The notes under the pieces: generated by a model
What the model was told of the DNA's origin: nothing
What the model saw: the letters and a program-made list of their open reading frames with translations, nothing else
Databases searched by the model: none
Program-made: the position numbers and the translations under genes
Part shown: positions 36,870-45,030 of the stretch, one piece after another
Layout: each line of letters starts with the position of its first letter
Position numbering within the stretch: position 1 is the first letter of the stretch
Assembly: GCA_965221125.1 (NCBI GenBank)
Contig: CBDCRW010000001.1
Location: 8,972-72,971, forward strand
Source of the DNA: Alphaproteobacteria bacterium
GTDB lineage: Bacteria; Pseudomonadota; Alphaproteobacteria; UBA828
DNA: 64,000 nt
Direction: 5' to 3'

Positions 36870-37924
36870 CGGCCGGCGGCGCTCCCCGCCTCGGCCGGCG
36901 CGGCGCGGCCGCTGATCTCGACCAGGCGGTCGAGCGTGGCCTGCGCCTTGCCACTGTCGACCGCCTCGGCGGCAACGTCGACGCCTTCCCTCAGGTCGCC
37001 GGCGCGCCCGGCGACGATGAGCGCCGCGGCGGCATTGAGCAGCACGATGTCGCGCGCCGGACCGGGCGTGCCTTCGAGGATAGCGCGGACGATACCGGCG
37101 TTTTCCGCCGCGTCGCCGCCCTTGAGGTCCTCGGACGCGGCGCGCGGCAGGCCGGCGTCCTCCGGCGCGACCGCGAAGCGGCGGATGGTGCCGCCGTCCA
37201 ACTCGACGACGGCGGACGGACCCGTGGTGGTCAGCTCGTCAGTGCCGTCGTTGCCGTGAACGACCCAGACGCGCTCGGAGCCGAGATTGCGCAGCACCTC
37301 CGCCATGGGCTGCGCCCACTTGGAGTCGAACACGCCGATCACCTGGCGCCTGGCGTCGGCCGGGTTCGAGAGCGGTCCCAGCAGGTTGAACACGGTGCGC
37401 GTGCCGAGCTCGACGCGGGTGGGCCCCACGTGGCGCATGGCGCCGTGATGCCGGGGCGCCATGAGGAAGCCGATCCCGGCCTCCCACAACGCCTCGCGCA
37501 CCAGCGCCATGTCCGCGTCGATGGTGACGCCGAGGGCGGCCAGCAGGTCAGCCGAGCCCGAGCGCGAGGAGAGCGCGCGGTTGCCGTGCTTGGCGACGGG
37601 CACGCCGCAGCCGGCGGCCACGAGCGCCGCGGCGGTCGAGATGTTGAAGGTGCCCTTGGCGTCGCCGCCGGTGCCGCAGGTGTCGATGGTTCCCTCGGGC
37701 GCGTCGATCCTGAGCGCGCGGGCGCGCATCGCCTGCGCGCCGCCGGTGATCTCGTCGACCGTCTCGCCCCGCACGCGAAGCGCCATGAGGAAGCCGCCCA
37801 TCTGGGACGGCGTGGCCTCGCCCGCCATCATCGCGTCGAAGGCGGCCCGCGATTCCTCGACCGTGAGCGCCGCGCCGCTCGCGACGCGCCCGATGAGCGC
37901 CTTGAAATCGGTCGAGTGCGTCAT
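36866..37924 (-). CDS. trpD: anthranilate phosphoribosyltransferase
   Basis: Trimmed to ATG 37924. It has [27 protein letters not shown] and KHGNRA motifs. Its stop overlaps the trpC start (ATGA). Confidence 0.9.
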   Translation of the reverse strand: MTHSTDFKALIGRVASGAALTVEESRAAFDAMMAGEATPSQMGGFLMALRVRGETVDEITGGAQAMRARALRIDAPEGTIDTCGTGGDAKGTFNISTAAALVAAGCGVPVAKHGNRALSSRSGSADLLAALGVTIDADMALVREALWEAGIGFLMAPRHHGAMRHVGPTRVELGTRTVFNLLGPLSNPADARRQVIGVFDSKWAQPMAEVLRNLGSERVWVVHGNDGTDELTTTGPSAVVELDGGTIRRFAVAPEDAGLPRAASEDLKGGDAAENAGIVRAILEGTPGPARDIVLLNAAAALIVAGRAGDLREGVDVAAEAVDSGKAQATLDRLVEISGRAAPAEAGSAAGR

Positions 37925-38220
37925 GGAGGTCGGGTGTCCGCTCGCCTGCGCGCCCGCCCCGGGCCTTGCCGCCCGTCCGGTGCGCACCGATTTATAGCCG
38001 GTTCTCGACGAAACGCCATGCGTGGCAATGCCTCGTTCAACGATCGTGTCCAGGCCGCGTGCCGAACAACGTTGTGGACGCGGTGGGCATGCGCCCGCAT
38101 CACCACATGAATGCCCGTGACATCCCGTTCGTTCTCAATCCAAATGTGGGAACTAATGAGGGTCTGATCGTGGTGAGTTCAGCGTTTTCGTATTTGAAAC
38201 AGTATTTTATCGAAGGGAGG

Positions 38221-38313
38221 TGGCGGAGGGAGTGGGATTCGAACCCACGGTACGGCTTGTCACCGTACAACGGTTTAGCAAACCGCCGCCTTCGACCACT
38301 CGGCCATCCCTCC
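38221..38313 (-). tRNA. tRNA-Ser (anticodon GCU)
   Basis: The reverse complement folds by hand into a cloverleaf with these parts. Acceptor stem GGAGGGA/TCCCTCC. D arm GCC-GAGTGGTCGAA-GGC. Anticodon stem GCGGT/ACCGT with loop TTGCTAA. Long variable arm GTACGG-TGACAAG-CCGTAC. T arm GTGGG-TTCGAAT-CCCAC. Discriminator G and an encoded CCA. Confidence 0.93.
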
Positions 38314-38398
38314 AGCGGCGCCCCGTGCCGGCCGCGTCACGCTCTTTTAGAGAGCCGGCCGGAACGCTGTCAACAACGGGGCGCGGCGCCCGCGGCGC

Positions 38399-38797
38399 CT
38401 ATTCCGGCGCCTCCTCGCCCGCGAACTTCCAGTAGGTGTCCTTGGTGACCACCTGGCCCGCGTCGTTCAGCTCCCAGACGTCGATGCCGAGCCAGTTGAT
38501 CTCGTTGCCGTTGCTCTCGGTGCCGGTGACGGTCCACTCGGAACAGCCCCGGTTGCCGCTCACCCAGTGGCTGCGAATGTGCCAGTACATGTCGGGAATG
38601 GTGCGGAAGCGCCTGTGCGCCATGGCGCGAATCTCGTCCAGTCCGCGCGCGCGTCCGCCCTCCGGCGGCACGCCCCGCGAGAGCAGCCAGGAGGACTCCT
38701 CGGCGAAGTGGCGGACGATGCCCTCCACGTCGTGGCGGTTGTAGGCGTCGCAGACTTCGGTAATGACCGCGAGGTTGCGGCGTTCGCTGTCGTTCAT
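38399..38797 (-). CDS. SnoaL-like / NTF2-fold protein
   Basis: The product is 132 aa. NLAVITEVCDAYNRHDVEGIVRHFAEES...W...G matches the SnoaL-like polyketide-cyclase-fold pattern. Confidence 0.6.
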   Translation of the reverse strand: MNDSERRNLAVITEVCDAYNRHDVEGIVRHFAEESSWLLSRGVPPEGGRARGLDEIRAMAHRRFRTIPDMYWHIRSHWVSGNRGCSEWTVTGTESNGNEINWLGIDVWELNDAGQVVTKDTYWKFAGEEAPE

Positions 38798-38851
38798 TCC
38801 GTCTCCCTCATTGGGCGGTGGCGCCGGCGGCGGCCGGCCGGGAACGATGGG

Positions 38852-40189
38852 TCATCCGTCTGGCGCGGCGTCCAGCAGATGGCCGTGGTGGGTCAGGAAC
38901 TCGTCGACGGCCTCGATCAGGCCGTCGCAGTCGGCTTGGCCGATGGCGAGACAGGGCGCCATGTAGCCGCGCCGGGCGGTAAAGAAACCCTTGTCGATCA
39001 GGTCGAGGTGCAGGAGCTGGCGGAGCCGTGCGTCCCTCGGCCGGAGGTCGCGGATCGAGCGGATCGGCTCGCGCTGCAGGTGCATGGTCAGGATCGAGCC
39101 GAGGCCGGTGACCTGGAACGACGCGCCGTGACGGGCGGCCAGGCCGTTGAGGGCGTCGCGCAGCGCATCGCCGGTCTCGTTGAGCGCGATCTGCACCGGC
39201 GGCGTGAAGACCTTCTCCAGGCCGGCGGCGCCGGCGATCAGCATGAACACGTTGTTGTTGAAGGTGCCGTGGTGAACGATGGAATCGGGCCTGGAGGGGT
39301 CGTAGATCTTCAGGATCTCCGCCGGGCCGCCGAGCGCGCCGCAGGAGAAGCCGCCGCCGATGTATTTTCCGAGCGTGGTCAGGTCGGGGACGATGCCGAG
39401 CTGCGCCTGGCGCCCGCCGGGTGCCACCCGCGAGGTCATCACCTCGTCGAAGATGAGCAGCACGCCGTGGGCGCTGCAGGCCTCGCGCAAGGCGCCGAGG
39501 AACGCGGCCGAGGCCGGGATCGCCCCGGAGGCACCTTGCAGCGGCTCGACCAGGACGGCGGCGAGGCGGTGCGCGTTCTCCCGGATCAGGCGGCGTGCTT
39601 CGTCCGGGTCGTTGTAGGGAGCCATCACGAAGGGGAAGGGCACGGCGATGGGCGACGGCTCGGTGCCGAAGTAGATGGTGCCGCCGTGGTAGGCGCCCTC
39701 GAACACCATGATCGAGTCCTTGCCGCTCACCGCGCGGGCCGTGACCATGGCCAGCATGTTGCCCTCGGTGCCGGAGGTGGTGAACCGCACCTGCTCGACG
39801 GAGGGGAAGCGCTCGCAGACCAAAGCCGCGAGCCGGGCCTCGTAGGGGCTCGCCGAGCCATAGGAAATCCCGGACTCCAGCGTCGCCTGCACCGCCTCGC
39901 GGATCACCGGGTGCGAGTGGCCGTAGAGGCCGGCGGAGAAGTCGCCCACGAAATCGGTGTAGGTGTGGCCGTCGACATCGGTCAGCGTCGCGCCGGCCGC
40001 CTTCTCGATGGCGAGCGGGAAGGGCGGGTAGAACATGCCGGTCCGCGTGTTGCCGCCGGGCATGCTCTCGCGCGCGCGCTCGTACTGCGCCCGGCTGCCG
40101 GGATTGGCGCTCTCGTAGCGCGCCGTCACCTCGCCGACCGCACTCTGCAGGTCGAGATTCCGGCCGGCTTCGTCGGGCCTCGTTGCCAT
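38852..40189 (-). CDS. class III (GSA aminomutase-like) PLP-dependent aminotransferase
   Basis: Track ORF trimmed to ATG 40189. It has SGTEGNMLAM, LIFDEVMTSR and the PLP-lysine block DLTTLGKYIGGG. Confidence 0.8.
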   Translation of the reverse strand: MATRPDEAGRNLDLQSAVGEVTARYESANPGSRAQYERARESMPGGNTRTGMFYPPFPLAIEKAAGATLTDVDGHTYTDFVGDFSAGLYGHSHPVIREAVQATLESGISYGSASPYEARLAALVCERFPSVEQVRFTTSGTEGNMLAMVTARAVSGKDSIMVFEGAYHGGTIYFGTEPSPIAVPFPFVMAPYNDPDEARRLIRENAHRLAAVLVEPLQGASGAIPASAAFLGALREACSAHGVLLIFDEVMTSRVAPGGRQAQLGIVPDLTTLGKYIGGGFSCGALGGPAEILKIYDPSRPDSIVHHGTFNNNVFMLIAGAAGLEKVFTPPVQIALNETGDALRDALNGLAARHGASFQVTGLGSILTMHLQREPIRSIRDLRPRDARLRQLLHLDLIDKGFFTARRGYMAPCLAIGQADCDGLIEAVDEFLTHHGHLLDAAPDG

Positions 40190-40393
40190 GGCGCGCCTCG
40201 TCGTCGCTTGCGCGGCGGACGATACTCGCACCGCCTGCGGCGCGGCAAGGTCGGTCCTCCTCGCGGGCCATGCCGGCGCGGATATGCGGGTGTGATCCGC
40301 CCGCCTCTGCGCTACGATGCGGCCCGCGCGCCGGTGGGTTATGCCATGTGCCGGGCGCATGGGGGGATTTTCAACGGACGGAGGACGGCGTCC

Positions 40394-41209
40394 ATGCCAG
40401 AGTTGCTTCGGCCCGGCTCGATCGACGAGGCGGCCGCTCTGATCGCGCGACATGGCGCTGCGGCGGCGGTGCTCGCCGGCGGCACCAGCCTGGTGCGCGA
40501 GACCTATCCGTCGGACGGGGGCTACCTGATCGGGGTGGACCGCCTCGGCCTCGACAAGGTGGTCGCGCGCGACGGCGGCTGGTCGATCGGCGCCGCGGTT
40601 CCGCTCAGCGTGCTGCGCGAGGCCGTGCCGATTGCGGCGCTCCAGGCCGCGACACGCGAGATCGGCGGGCCTGCGGTGCAGAACATGGCGACGGTGGGCG
40701 GCAACCTCTTCGCCCGCGCGCCCTTCGGCGATCTTGCGCCGGCGCTGCTCGCCCTCGGCGCGCGCCTGGTGTTCGCGGCGGCCGACGGCGAGGCGATGCA
40801 GTCCATCGACGACTTCTACGCGGGCTGGTCCGACGGCGCACCGCCCGCTGCGGGCCTGCTCACACGGATCGAGATCGACGCGCCAACTGGTTCCGCCGCC
40901 TACATGAAGTGCGCGAGGCGGCGCTATTCGACGCCAGCCGTGGTCACGGTCGCCGCCAGCGTGGAGACGGACGGCGGCACGGTGAGCGCGGCCCGGATCG
41001 CGCTCAGCGGCGCGAGCGCGCACCCCTTCCGCTGCGCAGGCGCGGAGCAGGCGGTGATCGGCTCCAGCCTCGACGAGGCGGCGGTAACGGCGGCGGCCGA
41101 AGCGGCCGAGGGCGCGGTCGCGCCGCAGACCGACGCGGTCGCGAGCGAATGGTATCGCCGGCGCATGACGGGCGTCCTCGTCCGCCGGGTGCTGGCGGCG
41201 CTCGACTGA
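40394..41209 (+). CDS. FAD-binding subunit of a molybdenum hydroxylase (locus 2)
   Basis: Only the last 816 nt of track ORF 38567..41209 are real. ATG 40394 is preceded by GGAGGA. AVLAGGTSLV and NMATVGGNL motifs are present. Confidence 0.8.
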   Translation: MPELLRPGSIDEAAALIARHGAAAAVLAGGTSLVRETYPSDGGYLIGVDRLGLDKVVARDGGWSIGAAVPLSVLREAVPIAALQAATREIGGPAVQNMATVGGNLFARAPFGDLAPALLALGARLVFAAADGEAMQSIDDFYAGWSDGAPPAAGLLTRIEIDAPTGSAAYMKCARRRYSTPAVVTVAASVETDGGTVSAARIALSGASAHPFRCAGAEQAVIGSSLDEAAVTAAAEAAEGAVAPQTDAVASEWYRRRMTGVLVRRVLAALD

Positions 41210-41231
41210 CGACGTTGAACGGGAGGCAGAG

Positions 41232-41723
41232 ATGGACGACAAGCTGATACGCCTCACGGTCAACGGCCGTGACGAGGCCGTGGTGATCCGGCCGCTGGCG
41301 ACGCTGCAGGACGTGCTGCGCGACAACCTGGAGCTGACTGCGGTCAAGAGCGGCTGCGGCCAGGGCGGCTGCGGCAGCTGCTCGGTGCTGGTGGACGGGG
41401 AGCTTCGCCTCTCCTGCCTCACGCTCGCCGAGCGGGTCGAGGGGGCCGAGGTCACCACGCTGGAGGGCCTGAACGCCACCAACGCGATCGTGCCGCTGCA
41501 GCAGGCCTTCGTCGAGAACTACGCGGCGCAGTGCGGCTACTGCACCGCCGGCATGGTGATGGCGGCCAAGGCGCTGCTCGACCGCAATCCGTCGCCGAGC
41601 CGCGACGAGATCGTGGAAGGGCTCTCGGGCAATCTCTGCCGCTGCACCGGGTTCGCGCCCATCGTCCGTGCCGTGCAGCAGGCCGCAGCGGCGCTCTCGG
41701 ATAGCGGGGAGGAGGCGAGCTAA
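41232..41723 (+). CDS. (2Fe-2S)-binding subunit (locus 2)
   Basis: Cys motifs are CGQGGCGSCSV, CGYCTAG and CRCTGF. Confidence 0.85.
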   Translation: MDDKLIRLTVNGRDEAVVIRPLATLQDVLRDNLELTAVKSGCGQGGCGSCSVLVDGELRLSCLTLAERVEGAEVTTLEGLNATNAIVPLQQAFVENYAAQCGYCTAGMVMAAKALLDRNPSPSRDEIVEGLSGNLCRCTGFAPIVRAVQQAAAALSDSGEEAS

Positions 41724-43069
41724 TGTCGATGAAGGAACTCGGCGTCGTCGGCCGGAACGTCGGCCAGCGAGACCTCGAAAGCCACGCGCGCGGCCAGACG
41801 ACCTACTACGAGGACGTCCACTACCCGCGCATGCTGCATCTCAAGATGCACCGGAGCGCGGAACCACATGCCCGGATCGTGAGCGTGGATACCAGCGCGG
41901 CGGAGGCCAGCCCTGGCGTCGTCTGCGTGCTCACCCACGAGGACCTGCCGGGCAAGAAGGTGTGGAACGGCCTTGCCGCCGTCGGCGTCGGGCCGGAGGA
42001 CGAGCCGATCCTCGCCTTCGACAAGGTGCGCTGGCGGGGCGAGCCCATCGTCGCCGTGCTGGGCGAGAGCGCCGAGGCCGCGCGCGCCGGCGCGGCCAAG
42101 GTGAAGGTGGACTACGATCCGCTCCCCGGCGTGTTCGACGTGGAAGAGGCGATCGCGGGCGCAGCACCTGCGCTGACCGCCCACTGGCCGAACAACCACT
42201 ACATCTACCCGGACGACCACGGCGCCGCGCAGATCCGCTTCGGCGACGTGGAGCAGGGATTTGCCGAGGCCGACCACATCGTCGAGGACAAGTACCAGAC
42301 CAGCCCCATCGAGCAGGCACCGATGGAGACCAACGGCTGCATTGCCAAGCCGGGCGGCGACGGGCGCATCACGGTGCACACCAACACGCAGGCGGTGCAC
42401 TTCGCCCGCGACAACACCGCCGCCATCCTGGGGCTTGCGCCGGGCAAGCTGCGCTTCCTCGGCGGCACGGTGGGCGGCGGCTTCGGCGGCAAGGTGGACG
42501 TGGCGGTGGAGCCGATCTCGGTGCTGGCCGCCATGCGGACCGGGCGCCCGGTCAAGTTCAAGTACACGCGGGAAGAGGAGATGCAGGTTTCCTCGACCCG
42601 CTCCGCCTGGCGCCTCTACATCAAGGACGGCGTGATGAACGACGGGCGCATCGTCGCCCGCAAGATCACCTCCTACCAGGATTCGGGCGCCTACCTGCGC
42701 TTCAGCTCCTACGGCTCGATGAAGCACGCGGGCCACATGCCGGGGCCCTACACGATCCCCAACGTCTGGGTCGACGCGCGGGTGGTCTTCACCAACCGGC
42801 CGCCGTCGAGCGCGATGCGGGGCTTCGGCGTCATGGCCGCCTCCTTCGCCATCGAGCTGCAGATGGACAAGGTGGCCAAGACCATCGGCATGGACCCGTG
42901 GCAGCTCCGGCTGCTCAACGCCTACCGCAACGGCGACATGCGCGCGCACCGCAAGGTGAACGAGGACGCCGCGATGGTCGAGACCATCCAAGCGGCGGCG
43001 CGCATGGCCGGCCACGCGCTGCCGGCGGAGTACCAAGCGATGACCTCCTGGGACAGAAAGGCAAGCTGA
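41723..43069 (+). CDS. molybdopterin-binding subunit, N-terminal half (locus 2, NdhL-like)
   Basis: The product is 448 aa. It has the GVVGRNVGQRDLESHARGQTTYYEDV hammerhead start, GGGFGGK and the TNRPPSSAMRGFG loop. TAATG coupling to the FeS gene; it ends at a TGATG junction with the next gene. Confidence 0.8.
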   Translation: MSMKELGVVGRNVGQRDLESHARGQTTYYEDVHYPRMLHLKMHRSAEPHARIVSVDTSAAEASPGVVCVLTHEDLPGKKVWNGLAAVGVGPEDEPILAFDKVRWRGEPIVAVLGESAEAARAGAAKVKVDYDPLPGVFDVEEAIAGAAPALTAHWPNNHYIYPDDHGAAQIRFGDVEQGFAEADHIVEDKYQTSPIEQAPMETNGCIAKPGGDGRITVHTNTQAVHFARDNTAAILGLAPGKLRFLGGTVGGGFGGKVDVAVEPISVLAAMRTGRPVKFKYTREEEMQVSSTRSAWRLYIKDGVMNDGRIVARKITSYQDSGAYLRFSSYGSMKHAGHMPGPYTIPNVWVDARVVFTNRPPSSAMRGFGVMAASFAIELQMDKVAKTIGMDPWQLRLLNAYRNGDMRAHRKVNEDAAMVETIQAAARMAGHALPAEYQAMTSWDRKAS

Positions 43070-44082
43070 TGGCCAAGGTAAGGGGCACCGGCTTCGCGGC
43101 CGTGAACTATCCGACGGGGATGCACCTGGGCGGCGATCCCACCCAGTCGCTGATCCACATGACGCCGGCCGGCGACTTCGTCGTCACCATGGCGAGCGTC
43201 GATCTCGGCCAGGGCCTGCGCACCGTGCTGGCGCAGATCGCGGCCGAGACCCTCGGCGTCCCCTACGAGAGCATCGTGGTGGAGACCGCCGATACCGACA
43301 CCGGCCCGCATTGCACCGGCACCTTCGCGAGCCGCACCACGCACCGCGCCGGCAACGCCGTGGTGATGGCGGCGCAGGAAGCGCGCAAGGCCATGCTCGA
43401 GGTGGCGGGCGAGCTGCTGGAGGCAAGCCCGGAGGACCTCGAGACCGACGGCGGGGGCAACATCCACATCAAGGGCGTGGCGGAGAAGGCGGTCTCGGTC
43501 GGCGAGGTCGCCGGCGCCGCCCACTTCGCCCACGGCAAGACCATTGCGGGACGCGGTGCCTACCTCAAGCCGCCGAGCCCGATGGACCCGGAGACCGGCG
43601 CGTGCGACCCGGATTCGACGCAGGCCCATGCCTGCACCGTGGTCGAGGTCGAGGTCGATACCGAGACCGGGATGGTCGAGGTGATCGACATGAAGAGCGT
43701 CTACGAGGTGGGCCAGCAGGTGAACCCGGACCTAGTGAAGGGCCAGATCGTGGGCGGCTCCTGGATGGGCATAGGCCACGCGCTCTACGAGACCACCGCG
43801 CCCGGCTACCCGGCGATCGACCCCGCGCCGGTGGATTTCCAGAACTACCTGCAGCCCGGCGCGTCGGAGATGCCCGAGGTCGACTGCGAGGTGCTGGAGT
43901 ACCCGGCCGAGAGCGGCCCCTACGGCGGCAAGGGCGTGGGCGAGATGGTGACCAACGGGCCGATCCCGGCCATCGTGAACGCCATCAACAACGCGCTCGA
44001 CGTGCGCATCACCGAGATCCCGGTGACGCCCGAGGTCGTGCTTCGCGCCCTCGACGAGAAGAGGACGCAGGCGGCCTCCTGA
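43069..44082 (+). CDS. molybdopterin-binding subunit, C-terminal half (locus 2, NdhM-like)
   Basis: The product is 337 aa. It starts MAKVRGTGFAAVNYPTG and carries DLGQGLRTVLAQIAAETLGVP..VETADTD plus GKGVGEMV near the C-terminus. These are the C-terminal modules normally fused to the previous ORF. Confidence 0.8.
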   Translation: MAKVRGTGFAAVNYPTGMHLGGDPTQSLIHMTPAGDFVVTMASVDLGQGLRTVLAQIAAETLGVPYESIVVETADTDTGPHCTGTFASRTTHRAGNAVVMAAQEARKAMLEVAGELLEASPEDLETDGGGNIHIKGVAEKAVSVGEVAGAAHFAHGKTIAGRGAYLKPPSPMDPETGACDPDSTQAHACTVVEVEVDTETGMVEVIDMKSVYEVGQQVNPDLVKGQIVGGSWMGIGHALYETTAPGYPAIDPAPVDFQNYLQPGASEMPEVDCEVLEYPAESGPYGGKGVGEMVTNGPIPAIVNAINNALDVRITEIPVTPEVVLRALDEKRTQAAS

Positions 44083-44200
44083 CCGGCCCTGTGCGGCCCG
44101 GGGGGCCGGGTCGTGCGTATGGCGGCCTGAAGCCGCTTCGCTGGAGCCCGTCCGTACCTGACGGACGTGCGACGCGGCGGCGCTGGGCGGGTATGAGGGC

Positions 44201-44947
44201 ATGGTCAGCCTGAAGCTCGAATCGGTCACGGTCGACTTCTCCGTCTACAACGCCAGCACGCGCTCGCTGAAGAACCGCTTGCTGCATCGCGGCACGGGCG
44301 GGCGCATCGCGCAGGGCGCCGGCAGCCGGCTGGTGGTGCGTGCGCTGGAAGACGTGAGCCTCGCGTTCGAGCACGGCGACCGGGTAGGCCTGGTCGGCCC
44401 CAACGGCGCCGGCAAGACGACCCTGCTGCGCGTGCTCGCGGGCGCCTACGAACCCGCGCGCGGACGCGTCTACCGGCACGGAAGGACCGCGTCGCTGCTC
44501 AGCGGCTCGCTCGGCATCAACGCGGACGCGACGGGCTACGAGAACATCGTGACACGGGGGCTCTTTCTCGGCCTGCGGCCGGAGCAGGTGCGCGCGCGCA
44601 TGGACGAGATTGCGGCGTTCACGGAGCTTGGCGACTACCTGGCGATGCCGGTGCACACCTACTCGACGGGCATGCGGCTGCGGCTCGCCTTTGCGGTGTG
44701 CACCTGCTTCGAGCCCGAGATCCTGCTGATGGACGAGTGGCTGGGCATGGGCGACCGGGCCTTCATCGAGAAGGCGAAGCGGCGGATGGAAGAATTCGTG
44801 GACCGTGCCGGGATCCTCGTGCTCGCATCGCAACACGCGGGCCTCCTTGCGCGGGTCTGCAGCACAGGGGTCCTGCTCGACGCGGGTCGGGTCAAGGCGC
44901 GCGGGCCGATCGACGAGGTCCTGCGGGAGTACGGGCAGGCTGCTTAG
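44201..44947 (+). CDS. polysaccharide-export-type ABC ATPase (KpsT/Wzt/TagH-like), no adjacent permease
   Basis: It has Walker A GPNGAGKTT, the signature YSTGMRLRLAFA and Walker B ILLMDEW. The product is 248 aa with no C-terminal carbohydrate-binding extension. Confidence 0.7.
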   Translation: MVSLKLESVTVDFSVYNASTRSLKNRLLHRGTGGRIAQGAGSRLVVRALEDVSLAFEHGDRVGLVGPNGAGKTTLLRVLAGAYEPARGRVYRHGRTASLLSGSLGINADATGYENIVTRGLFLGLRPEQVRARMDEIAAFTELGDYLAMPVHTYSTGMRLRLAFAVCTCFEPEILLMDEWLGMGDRAFIEKAKRRMEEFVDRAGILVLASQHAGLLARVCSTGVLLDAGRVKARGPIDEVLREYGQAA

Positions 44948-45030
44948 GTTCAGCCGTCGCCAGTCGCGCGGCACCATCAAGATAACTTGCGCGCCTGACC
45001 ACCAACAACGAATGCTCAAGCGAATAACGT

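Noticed and set aside
37925-38313. tRNA-Ser(GCU) with an AT-rich flank as the attachment site of a genomic island.
   Set aside because: No integrase or excisionase is present, and I could not spot a direct repeat of the tRNA 3' end. The 3' side of the tRNA faces the conserved trpD-trpC-moaC-moeA block. The AT-rich stretch is more simply the trpD promoter region; a TATAAA-like box on the trpD strand lies near 37990-38000, which is unverified.
43067-43071. The split of the molybdopterin subunit as a sequencing frameshift or pseudogene.
   Set aside because: The break coincides with a domain boundary, and a proper ATG overlaps the stop (TGATG), as at other coupled junctions in this window. Both halves are otherwise intact. 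This still needs checking in raw reads.
40394-44082. Annotating either CoxMSL-like locus as aerobic carbon monoxide dehydrogenase.
   Set aside because: Neither large subunit shows the CODH active-site loop (VAYRCSFR or AYRGAGR). No coxD/E/F/G accessory genes are present.
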